64,000 bases of DNA from a virus (lineage: Duplodnaviria; Heunggongvirae; Uroviricota; Caudoviricetes). Shown one piece after another: positions 19,911-28,174 of this stretch (position 1 is the stretch's first letter; each line of letters starts with the position of its first letter). The DNA lies in IMG/VR virus record IMGVR_UViG_3300028549_001428, one strand, 5' to 3'. Below the pieces are notes generated by a model. The model was not told where the DNA came from. It searched no databases and was given only the letters and a program-made list of their open reading frames with translations. Made by a program: the position numbers and the translations under genes.

Positions 19911-20305
19911 AGTAATTTCAAATGTCTAGTAATTGCATCAATATTTTCTGGATAATCTGGACCAATTGCAATACAGGTCTTGGTCACGACACCATTGAAT
20001 TCGGTTAGTCCAGCATCTTCAATCATTGCACATGGAATTCCGTATTCAATCGCCTTATTATACATATCAATCAATTCCTGTTCTGAATCAACCGATAAAC
20101 ATATTTTAGTAAATAATCCTTCAATCCACTCTCGCATAGGATCGGTCATATTTATAACACGTTGATCCATTCCATTTTGATCAACAATTACCTTGGATCT
20201 ATCTAAAAGTACTTTCATTGACGCATGAGCACCTTGAGCTACCATCTTACCTTTGCGCATATTTAGATCTTTACGCATTACTATTACTTGCTTTGGGTAG
20301 GACAT
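19907..20305 (-). CDS. pth2: Peptidyl-tRNA hydrolase Pth2
   Basis: KQVIVMRKDLNMRKGKMVAQGAHAS, KICL, DAGLTE, TCIAIGP and ITRHLKLL. Confidence 0.92.
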   Translation of the reverse strand: MSYPKQVIVMRKDLNMRKGKMVAQGAHASMKVLLDRSKVIVDQNGMDQRVINMTDPMREWIEGLFTKICLSVDSEQELIDMYNKAIEYGIPCAMIEDAGLTEFNGVVTKTCIAIGPDYPENIDAITRHLKLL

Positions 20306-20334
20306 GAAAAAACCTCATAGTTGTATATGAGGTT

Positions 20335-20363
20335 AATATAGTAAATTATTTTAGTTTTGTCAA
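20335..20363 (-). promoter_or_regulatory. Sigma70-type promoter TTGACA-N17-TATATT
   Basis: Exact match upstream of pth2. Confidence 0.75.
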
Positions 20364-20367
20364 TTAT

Positions 20368-21063
20368 TTATTTTGATGCTGTCATTGGAGATGCAACGGC
20401 AACAAAATTACCATTTGCTAATTGCTTTACACCAACATCATATCCAGTTACACCAGATGCTTTCAAAATATCATGACCTTGACTTAGAGCAACTTGTTCA
20501 TCATCGCTTTCGGTCTGCTTCATATCGTTTGCTAATTTTTTAACATTACCATTAGCATCACCATGTCCAGAATCGCCAAATATTTTATGAGTATCAATTC
20601 CAGCCTGATCGGTTACTTTAGTTAATCCATCCATATAACCAGGATTTTTTGCATGTGATTTCATTGAGTCGAAGTGTTTAGCTAATTGGTTATTATCTAC
20701 TTTATCATTTTTCAACAACTGCAATAATTTCTGACCATCGGCTTCGCCTTGAGATGTGCCATCACCACCTGAACTCATTTGAGTTTGTGCTTTACCACCG
20801 TATGAATGTCCACCATCATCTACATTGACTTTAGCATTTCCAGTACCTGCACTAGCAACACTAGCCAATAACATTAATCCAGCCATAAATGCTTTTACTT
20901 TACCACCATGCTTACGAGCAAAGTCATTAAATGATGCTTCGGTCAATACATTATTTTGTATATCATATAATGCACAATAACCTTCAATGATAGGAATTAA
21001 ACTGTCAATATTATCATTAGTTGAAACAGATTCAATAAACGTAAAAAAATATTTATTTCTCAT
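20368..21063 (-). CDS. Putative virion protein: targeting motif followed by a signal-peptide-like segment
   Basis: FFTFIESVSTNDN...IIEGY...LTEA, then RKHGGKVKAFMAGLMLLASVASA. Confidence 0.5.
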   Translation of the reverse strand: MRNKYFFTFIESVSTNDNIDSLIPIIEGYCALYDIQNNVLTEASFNDFARKHGGKVKAFMAGLMLLASVASAGTGNAKVNVDDGGHSYGGKAQTQMSSGGDGTSQGEADGQKLLQLLKNDKVDNNQLAKHFDSMKSHAKNPGYMDGLTKVTDQAGIDTHKIFGDSGHGDANGNVKKLANDMKQTESDDEQVALSQGHDILKASGVTGYDVGVKQLANGNFVAVASPMTASK

Positions 21064-21073
21064 GAATTACTCT

Positions 21074-21769
21074 TTATTTTATATGTTGTCTAATGTTTTC
21101 TATCTCTTCATCTGATACATTAACAAGACCAAATGGGGTTCGACCACCATTTTTATCCATAATATATACTAGATCTTCTAATGTATATTTATCACCATGA
21201 TTTAGCCAACGATTTCCATATGATTTAATCGGTTTATGACCTAATGTATTACCTGTTTCTTTGATAAATTTATATGCATCATTTATATTAGATGTATTGT
21301 ACAATAAATCGCCTCCATCTGTATATACCTTAAAAGTTGGGTATCGTTCTTCTTCCATATCTACATAAATATCTAATGGTTCTTCATATTTATAACTACC
21401 ACCAGATGCACCCTCATCTCCATATGCTGAATATGATGGTGCGTCATTTTCTTGTGTATATACATCTTCATATGCTTCATTAATAGTATTATATGCTAAT
21501 ATAATCGACTCAACTAATAATTCGTTATCTGGTGTTCTAATCTTATCCATGAATTGCAAGAACATATTATCATCAACACTTGCCATTACTGCACCTGCAT
21601 CACCTGTTGCGACAACACCACCACTAGGTGTAGGTGCTGAATTAGGTAAACTAGCTTCACCAGCACCACCAACAACGCTACCCATTGTATTTTTTAAATC
21701 AAGATTAAATCTTTTTTTCTTATCAGCCTTACCCAATACCACAACACCAGACTTATCATTATTAGACAT
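21074..21769 (-). CDS. Putative virion protein with internal targeting motif
   Basis: FLQFMDKIRTPDNELLVESIILAYNTINEA; ATATAAAC box at 21796-21803. Confidence 0.5.
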   Translation of the reverse strand: MSNNDKSGVVVLGKADKKKRFNLDLKNTMGSVVGGAGEASLPNSAPTPSGGVVATGDAGAVMASVDDNMFLQFMDKIRTPDNELLVESIILAYNTINEAYEDVYTQENDAPSYSAYGDEGASGGSYKYEEPLDIYVDMEEERYPTFKVYTDGGDLLYNTSNINDAYKFIKETGNTLGHKPIKSYGNRWLNHGDKYTLEDLVYIMDKNGGRTPFGLVNVSDEEIENIRQHIK

Positions 21770-21825
21770 AATAACACCATTAAATTATATTTATTGTTTA
21801 TATAAAATCATTTATATTACTAAGT

Positions 21826-22632
21826 ATGACAGATTTAGAAAGCCTACAAACCTTTTTTACAAACATATCATTCAATGATGATCCTAAAAGACGCAATAAA
21901 GATACCTACATAGTTCAATTAGATCCATTTCATAAATGTCCAAATAACTATTCGGTAAAAACGTTACCTCAGTACAGAGGCATTCTTACATGGAATTCAC
22001 GTATATATACACAATTAAAACAAATTGGTGCAAATGTAGCAAAATTACCATTCTATCCATTTCTAGATAACACCGCTATATTAGATGAATTTATTGAATA
22101 TGAAGATAAGGTTGGAATATGTTTGGTTGAAAGTAATTATAGCCCCAATACGTATCCATTTGATATTTCTGAAAAACAGATAAACCTATTCATGTCACTT
22201 AAAGGCATGACAAAACATACATATGGAAATATTCCTATATGTGGAAGTCATTATATATCTAATCCATTTTCCAATTATGATAGATTACAGATAATTAATG
22301 AGTATAAATTCTGTTTATGTTTCGATGATATATACCATCCTCTATGGTCATGGGATTATATCAGTAATAAAATGTTTGATTGTTTTCGAGCAAAAACACT
22401 TCCCATATATTATGGTTGTTACAATATAGATGAAATTATACCAGGAAACTTTTATATAGATTATCGTAATTTCGATTCCTTTGAGGAATTGAATGAATAT
22501 ATTACAGAATTCGATATAAATATCTATATTGATATTGTAGAAAAAGCATATGATTGGGTGAATCGAGTTGATATTGGAAATGTTAATAGATTTGCTATGT
22601 CATTAGAAAAACAACTGAAGGATACAAAATAA
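21826..22632 (+). CDS. GT10 alpha-1,3-fucosyltransferase-like protein
   Basis: YKFCLCFDD...DYISNKMFDCFRAKTLPIYYGC, a variant of the YxTEK motif. Confidence 0.7.
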   Translation: MTDLESLQTFFTNISFNDDPKRRNKDTYIVQLDPFHKCPNNYSVKTLPQYRGILTWNSRIYTQLKQIGANVAKLPFYPFLDNTAILDEFIEYEDKVGICLVESNYSPNTYPFDISEKQINLFMSLKGMTKHTYGNIPICGSHYISNPFSNYDRLQIINEYKFCLCFDDIYHPLWSWDYISNKMFDCFRAKTLPIYYGCYNIDEIIPGNFYIDYRNFDSFEELNEYITEFDINIYIDIVEKAYDWVNRVDIGNVNRFAMSLEKQLKDTK

Positions 22633-23096
22633 TGCAACTATATACACCACCAACAGTTTTTCCAATAGATGACGGAAAAACAAAAATATTTTTAGCTGGT
22701 TCTATCGAAGGTGGAAACGCTGAAGATTGGCAAGCAACATTATGTAAAGAATTAGAAGATACCGATCTGGTAGTACTCAATCCTAGACGTAGTGATTATG
22801 ATCCTACACAAGATCCAATTGCATCTAATCCTTATTTTAGAGGACAGGTTGAATGGGAATTGGCTGCTTTAGAATATGCTGATATAATCTTCATGTATTT
22901 TGATCCTAATACAAAATCAGCAATTTCATTACTTGAACTTGGGTTGTTCCATAAAAAAGCTATGGTTGTGTGTTGTCCCGATGGATTCTGGAGACAAGGA
23001 AACGTTCAAATTGTATGTGAGTGGTATGATATACCGTATACAACCAATAAAGAATTATTCTTTGAACGTGTAACTAAATTATGTAAAACACTATAA
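22632..23096 (+). CDS. Nucleoside 2-deoxyribosyltransferase-like protein
   Basis: IFLAGSI, WQ, NPRR, QVEWE and ISLLELG. Confidence 0.8.
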   Translation: MQLYTPPTVFPIDDGKTKIFLAGSIEGGNAEDWQATLCKELEDTDLVVLNPRRSDYDPTQDPIASNPYFRGQVEWELAALEYADIIFMYFDPNTKSAISLLELGLFHKKAMVVCCPDGFWRQGNVQIVCEWYDIPYTTNKELFFERVTKLCKTL

Positions 23097-23098
23097 AT

Positions 23099-23128
23099 AA
23101 AAAAAGCGGTTTTTAAACCGCTTTTTTT
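23099..23128. terminator. Bidirectional intrinsic terminator
   Basis: A7-GCGGTTT-TT-AAACCGC-T7. Confidence 0.8.
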
Positions 23129-23129
23129 G

Positions 23130-23309
23130 TTACTTAGTTTCTGTAGATTCAGTTTTCTTTTCCTGAATCGCAAGTCTAGCTGTCTGTGCCGCACCTTTAA
23201 TATCCTGTAGGATCTTACGAGCACGAGTACCTGCCACCTTATTGCCTCCCTCAAACTTTGCAACTTCAGTTTTGAGAGCTTCCATTAGTGTTTCTAGTTG
23301 TGTTAACAT
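23130..23309 (-). CDS. Hc1/histone H1-like small protein (59 aa, absent from the ORF track)
   Basis: Translated by hand as MLTQLETLMEALKTEVAKFEGGNKVAGTRARKILQDIKGAAQTARLAIQEKK...; GNKxAGTRARK signature; AAGGA SD. Confidence 0.8.
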   Translation of the reverse strand: MLTQLETLMEALKTEVAKFEGGNKVAGTRARKILQDIKGAAQTARLAIQEKKTESTETK

Positions 23310-23330
23310 TTTTTTATCCTTGTTTAATTG

Positions 23331-23564
23331 TTAATTTTCTTCTCTAGGCTTGATATTGTTATGAGCAAGCCACCCAGCCGTTGTTCCAGTCCATAAACCA
23401 GTAGATTTGCATATAAATCCAAACTCTGTTATTTGCACAACAGGATCTAGAAATACATTTGCATTTACATTAGATACCAACCAACCAACTTCAGGTGTAA
23501 ACCGTTCACCTGCTATGGTGGCAACTGGCTTATCTATTTTCGCATGAGTCTTGTTTTTCTTCAT
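23331..23564 (-). CDS. Hypothetical protein
   Basis: AGGAG SD; TATATT upstream. Confidence 0.55.
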   Translation of the reverse strand: MKKNKTHAKIDKPVATIAGERFTPEVGWLVSNVNANVFLDPVVQITEFGFICKSTGLWTGTTAGWLAHNNIKPREEN

Positions 23565-23597
23565 TTCAATCTCCTATGCGTATAATATAGCATATTA

Positions 23598-23825
23598 TTA
23601 TTTGATTTGGGTATCGTATTTATTATTTTTTACATCAAACAACAAATCCATAAGTTCTTTTTCCGCATCGAACATGATATCTTCATCTATCCATCCCTTC
23701 GCATCGTGAAATTTCTGACCAAAGCCTACAAAAATTCCATAGATTCGATTTTTAAGAGGATTACCAGTATCAACTACTCTATCCTCTGGAGTCATTTCCA
23801 TTATAGCATCATATCGTTCACTCAT
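23598..23825 (-). CDS. Hypothetical protein
   Basis: ORF co-directional with neighbours. Confidence 0.5.
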   Translation of the reverse strand: MSERYDAIMEMTPEDRVVDTGNPLKNRIYGIFVGFGQKFHDAKGWIDEDIMFDAEKELMDLLFDVKNNKYDTQIK

Positions 23826-23865
23826 TATACATCCAATTCTATTTCATATAATATACAATATATTT

Positions 23866-24591
23866 TTATTCTTCTGGTGGTGGAGGTACTGGTATTGCAG
23901 TTTTCTTATCAGAAGGCTTTCTTGGTGTTGGTTTACGTGGTGCTTTCTCTTTTTTTGGTTCTATCTTTAAATCAGCAGAATTGAGAACATCAAAATATTT
24001 ACCCATCTTTGGTACAACATTTTTTTCCCACCACTCAGTAACAAATTCTAATCGATCATCATTTAAACGCATTCTACCTAATTTAGCTAGTGGTTTAACA
24101 ACACTATTTGCAATTTCATCAAATACAACATCCATATTATTGCGCAATTCCATTGGTTTTAATATCTTTGCCTTAACCGTAGGATTCGATGACAACGCAC
24201 TTTCTATACAATCAATTAATACATCATCTGCTAATTGTGCAATAGCATTAGGTAATGCTGGGTGTTGGGTTCCATGTGCAATTAATGTAACTATTTTCTT
24301 AATTGCGTCCTGACCTCTACGAGAATTAGAATCATATAATTTCTTATTTAAAATTGTACGAGATATTGCGTTCTTAAATGTTTGTTCTTCTGATGCACCA
24401 AAAATTGCTTCCTTTCCAGTTGCACCAATTGTTTTCACTCGATTTTTTACATCACGGAAAGTATCACCAATACCTTCCATCTGATATTGTTGCTGTGATA
24501 CAACAAATCCTTCTAATATTGTATCTACTAATTCCGAATTGCGATCAGTACGCAAAGATTCTATAAAGATTTCAAATTCGCTGTTATGCAT
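23866..24591 (-). CDS. Putative virion protein with N-terminal targeting motif
   Basis: FEIFIESLRTDRNSELVDTILEGF...QMEG; TTATAAAC box at 24620-24627; Lys/Pro-rich tail. Confidence 0.55.
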   Translation of the reverse strand: MHNSEFEIFIESLRTDRNSELVDTILEGFVVSQQQYQMEGIGDTFRDVKNRVKTIGATGKEAIFGASEEQTFKNAISRTILNKKLYDSNSRRGQDAIKKIVTLIAHGTQHPALPNAIAQLADDVLIDCIESALSSNPTVKAKILKPMELRNNMDVVFDEIANSVVKPLAKLGRMRLNDDRLEFVTEWWEKNVVPKMGKYFDVLNSADLKIEPKKEKAPRKPTPRKPSDKKTAIPVPPPPEE

Positions 24592-24631
24592 TATAAGCCT
24601 AAATATATTATTACCTATAGTTTATAAAAAC

Positions 24632-24659
24632 AAAAAAGACTCTCGTGAGAGAGTCTTTT
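24632..24659. terminator. Intrinsic terminator closing the TerD-protein/RNA unit
   Basis: A6-GACTCTC-GTGA-GAGAGTC-T4. Confidence 0.8.
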
Positions 24660-24662
24660 ATA

Positions 24663-24758
24663 ATAACGGAAATCACAAAATCTATTATGGTTAGGGGAAC
24701 TGCTTATTAGGCAGAGTCCCTAAAGGGAGGTAGAAGGAAGACTTTGTATAGCCCATAT
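24663..24758 (-). ncRNA. Putative structured RNA, copy 2
   Basis: GG-CUAU-ACAAAG-UCUUCCU-UCUA-[internal hairpin]-UAGA-UUUUGU-GAUUU-CCG. Confidence 0.6.
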
Positions 24759-24765
24759 AAATAAT

Positions 24766-24838
24766 CAGCGGAAAGGCGGTTCTCTAATTTGTTTATTTTA
24801 TGTAAAAGTTTTAGAAGGAAGAAAACCAATAGCCACTG
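24766..24838 (-). ncRNA. Putative structured RNA, copy 1
   Basis: CAGUGG-CUAU-UGGUUU-UCUUCCU-UCUA-[AU-rich loop]-UAGA-GAACCG-CCUUU-CCGCUG. Confidence 0.6.
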
Positions 24839-24900
24839 TAATATCAAATATATATTATTTTTCCTATTTGTATAGGAAAATGTGGCTTTCGCCACACTTT

Positions 24901-27063
24901 TTACAGGAATTCACCCATGATCTTTTCGATATCGAATGGGGTAATGTTACCATCCATTGATACGACAAGATCAGCATCTTCCTTTTTATCCACGATTGTT
25001 CCACGAGCACTTGCATGCAAGGTCATCAAATCATGAATAGTAGCCTTCTTGATAGAAGAAATAGACTTACCCATTAAAGTAATGCTACCCTTCATGTTCT
25101 CGACGTTTGCGCCACGACGATATGAATAACCACCTTCATTGCGTGGATCGTTATTAAGAGCCAAGTCACCCCAGATCATTTCACGATTAACCACATCAAT
25201 TACCAATGGAATGCTGTAACGGCTTTCCGCAGTTAAATCAATCTTATTCTGCACTGTTTTTGCATCAAAGATTTCACCTGACTGTGGTTTGTCACGCATC
25301 ATCCAACCAGCGAAACACTCTGGCATATCAGAGAACTTCTGAGAAGTGAATGAAATTACATTCATTACAATATACTGACCACCACTTCTCAACACACTAT
25401 CTAGATCAATATCAATAAACTCACATGCACCATGTGGTGCAGAAGTGATATCACCGCTATGACATGCAATAATACTATCATTAGAACGAAGGTTAGTATA
25501 TGAAATATGCGTCATATGCTTCCAGTTAGTATCGTACATCATAGCAGACAAATCAACGTCTACACGTTCACCAGCAATATCATGCCACCACAAGAAGAAA
25601 CGAACTGTATTCTTATCAGCATCCAACTTAACACGAGAACCACGTACAAGAGTACGGAGGGTTCTGCTTGCTGAACGCTGTGAGAATGGAACAATCATTC
25701 CCTTCATGGAGGCATCAATATACACCTTACCCATAGGTTCAAGTGCAGAGAACCGAGTACGCATAGCATTTTCACATGCGCTAATTACCTGCAAGCAGAG
25801 TGAATCTGAAATTACTGGTAGATCATTTTCAAGTGCCATAGCCTTCGCAACATTTCCTTTTGGGAAAATGACACGAAGTTCTGAATTATTTCGGCTATTG
25901 AAATGCGCCATCACCTGCAAGAGTACAGGAGTAGCAATCTTGTCAGCAATCGAAACGAATGCATTTATAATGACATTCTGCTCTGAACGAGTAGAAGCAA
26001 TACGCAATAGATGGTCAAGGCGACGGGCCAATTCACCAGGTCTACGCTTCAACTGATTAATAGCAACCTTGATATCCTTGGATACCAAAGCACTTTCAAC
26101 AGTTCCACCAAAGGTAGAAATCTTATCACCATCACGCAATGCATTGAATGCACTTACGGCAGTGCTATACTTCTTATAACGATCTTCTGATGGATGTAGA
26201 CGCTCGGCTAAACGAATCCAACGACCCTTATTGCGCAACATATCTTCCTTAACATTACCCATAGCATCAATCATTTCCATGAGAGACTTACGTTCACTGC
26301 GAGTAAAGTTACGGAACTTGGTGTTTTTTGCAAGGCTTACATCACCATCAGACATAGCAGTAGCTAGACGAAGAACGTCAGTTACACTATTAAACAATCC
26401 AGTGACTTGTTCAGTCAGCTTGGTATACTTCAACAATTCACCTGCGATGAATGTAAGATTTTCCTTATGGGTCACTGCTGTTGGGAGCATAGTAGAAACT
26501 TTGTCACCAAATAGCTTGATAACAGTAGTGATATCATCCTTATCGGACTGTGAAATCGAAGTCTTTGCACCCATTAGATTGCTAATGAGTTTCTTAAAAT
26601 CTTGCTCTGTAGCAAGATTAATAACCTTTAGATCAATATTGTCCATCAAAGGAAAACGTACCTTCACATCATACTTAGGCATGATGCGAAGATTAACAGC
26701 ATCACCGAGGTAATGCATGATTGCATTGATATACAATTCAGAATCGGTTGCTTCCATCACCTGCGATGTGAAATTAGGATACATTGGTGTCCACTGCTTG
26801 TTAGAGCCAGTTAGTGACTTCAATTCACCAACCAATGAACTGTATACTTGGTATACAGAATCGACACTCAAAGTACGAAGTTGTTCAATCATAGCCACGG
26901 ACATAATGTATCCATAGCGTTCCAAATTCTTTAGCATAGTAGCAATATAAGTTGAAGGCAACTTATAACCAACTTGCATACATGCCTGTTCATCAGGCAC
27001 AATAAACTTCATCGAACGACGAAGAAAAATAGAATTGATACTGTTAATTTCTCTCTGATTCAT
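24901..27063 (-). CDS. 720-aa protein with large helical N-terminal region and C-terminal TerD-like domain
   Basis: PMYPNF, TDVLRLA, RPGELARRLDHLLR; TerD motifs DVDLSA, HSGDITSAP and EFIDIDL. Confidence 0.75.
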   Translation of the reverse strand: MNQREINSINSIFLRRSMKFIVPDEQACMQVGYKLPSTYIATMLKNLERYGYIMSVAMIEQLRTLSVDSVYQVYSSLVGELKSLTGSNKQWTPMYPNFTSQVMEATDSELYINAIMHYLGDAVNLRIMPKYDVKVRFPLMDNIDLKVINLATEQDFKKLISNLMGAKTSISQSDKDDITTVIKLFGDKVSTMLPTAVTHKENLTFIAGELLKYTKLTEQVTGLFNSVTDVLRLATAMSDGDVSLAKNTKFRNFTRSERKSLMEMIDAMGNVKEDMLRNKGRWIRLAERLHPSEDRYKKYSTAVSAFNALRDGDKISTFGGTVESALVSKDIKVAINQLKRRPGELARRLDHLLRIASTRSEQNVIINAFVSIADKIATPVLLQVMAHFNSRNNSELRVIFPKGNVAKAMALENDLPVISDSLCLQVISACENAMRTRFSALEPMGKVYIDASMKGMIVPFSQRSASRTLRTLVRGSRVKLDADKNTVRFFLWWHDIAGERVDVDLSAMMYDTNWKHMTHISYTNLRSNDSIIACHSGDITSAPHGACEFIDIDLDSVLRSGGQYIVMNVISFTSQKFSDMPECFAGWMMRDKPQSGEIFDAKTVQNKIDLTAESRYSIPLVIDVVNREMIWGDLALNNDPRNEGGYSYRRGANVENMKGSITLMGKSISSIKKATIHDLMTLHASARGTIVDKKEDADLVVSMDGNITPFDIEKIMGEFL

Positions 27064-27119
27064 AATAGCCTCTAGTTTAGAAGATTCTGCTGTATTGCAG
27101 GTCTTTGTTTGGTAGCTAT

Positions 27120-27148
27120 AATATAGAATAAAATGAGAAACTTTTCAA
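27120..27148 (-). promoter_or_regulatory. Sigma70-type promoter TTGAAA-N17-TATATT
   Basis: Upstream of the TerD-domain gene. Confidence 0.6.
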
Positions 27149-27152
27149 ACTT

Positions 27153-27383
27153 TTATTTGATATCTGGAATTTTTATTAAAACTTCTTCCCCATTGACAAT
27201 AGCTTTAATGGTATCCAATGATTGATTAGATGGATTTGCTTCTGCTATAGACAGTTGAATATGATATTCATCTATAGCTGGTTCAATAGGTGCTTTATTA
27301 ACATTTGCTAATTCAGCTATACGAGCTGGGGGTACTTTCATAGACTCTACTAAGTTTTTCTTAAAATATTTTAAACTATCCAT
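27153..27383 (-). CDS. Small hypothetical protein
   Basis: Follows the nuclease gene by 2 nt; N-terminus resembles a gp20 portal segment. Confidence 0.5.
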   Translation of the reverse strand: MDSLKYFKKNLVESMKVPPARIAELANVNKAPIEPAIDEYHIQLSIAEANPSNQSLDTIKAIVNGEEVLIKIPDIK

Positions 27384-27385
27384 AT

Positions 27386-28162
27386 TTATCTCTTTGTTGA
27401 TGTATAATGGTCGAGCATCAATTTAACATTGTCAGTATAATCATAACACTTAAATATTTTATAAGTATCATTTGATTCATTAAACCACACCAAATACGAA
27501 TCACCTAGTTTTAAATTTGTATTCTTGTGTATAATGTATTTATATAAGCTCAACTGTAAAGAATATATATCAATTTCAGCAGTTGATAGATGAGAAAGTG
27601 GTGATAATAATTTATATCGGCTTGAGGTCTTTATTTCTTTATTTGTTTTCCAATCCCACAACTCTAACATACCAGATTTTTTATTGTAGAAAAGTTGGTC
27701 AATCATTCCACAAATTCCAAAATCACCATCACCAACAATCAATTCAGACTTTATAGGAAGTAACTTTCCTTTAATATCATCATAGAATTTATGAATAAGA
27801 GGAATTATTTTATCATACTTTTCACGCACAGGATCTTCACCATTAAAATTACTTTTAACAATAGCTTCTGGGTATGGAAATACTTTATGTGCTAAATAAT
27901 TTTCTGTATATGAGTGGACAGCAGTTCCCTTTACGGTAGATATTCTATTTGTACGCTTCCACATAGCAATAACTTCTTCTGGAGTCATTCCTAATTGTTT
28001 AGCCTTATTAGCGGCATGGAATTCTTCATCAAATGGCTTTTCATATTTACCAATCAATGTAGTAACTGAAGTCATTTTTTGATCATTTTTATAATAGACA
28101 TGAGGATCATCATAATAAATGATGTCGTTAAACTTAGATAATTCTTCAAAGATATGTAGCAT
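27386..28162 (-). CDS. PD-(D/E)XK exonuclease
   Basis: SVTTLI, GTAVH, SELIV, GMIDQLF, DWKT and YSLQLSLY. Confidence 0.8.
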   Translation of the reverse strand: MLHIFEELSKFNDIIYYDDPHVYYKNDQKMTSVTTLIGKYEKPFDEEFHAANKAKQLGMTPEEVIAMWKRTNRISTVKGTAVHSYTENYLAHKVFPYPEAIVKSNFNGEDPVREKYDKIIPLIHKFYDDIKGKLLPIKSELIVGDGDFGICGMIDQLFYNKKSGMLELWDWKTNKEIKTSSRYKLLSPLSHLSTAEIDIYSLQLSLYKYIIHKNTNLKLGDSYLVWFNESNDTYKIFKCYDYTDNVKLMLDHYTSTKR

Positions 28163-28174
28163 ATTTATTCTCTA

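Noticed and set aside
24663-24838. CRISPR mini-array, or the listed 62-aa ORF 24707..24895
   Set aside because: The conserved blocks are short, split and flanked by covarying stems rather than identical repeats; no cas operon is present; the ORF has no SD and no protein-like features.
27386-28162. Cas4 as part of a CRISPR system
   Set aside because: No Fe-S cysteine cluster is evident and no array or other cas genes are nearby; it reads as an ordinary phage PD-(D/E)XK exonuclease beside a helicase.
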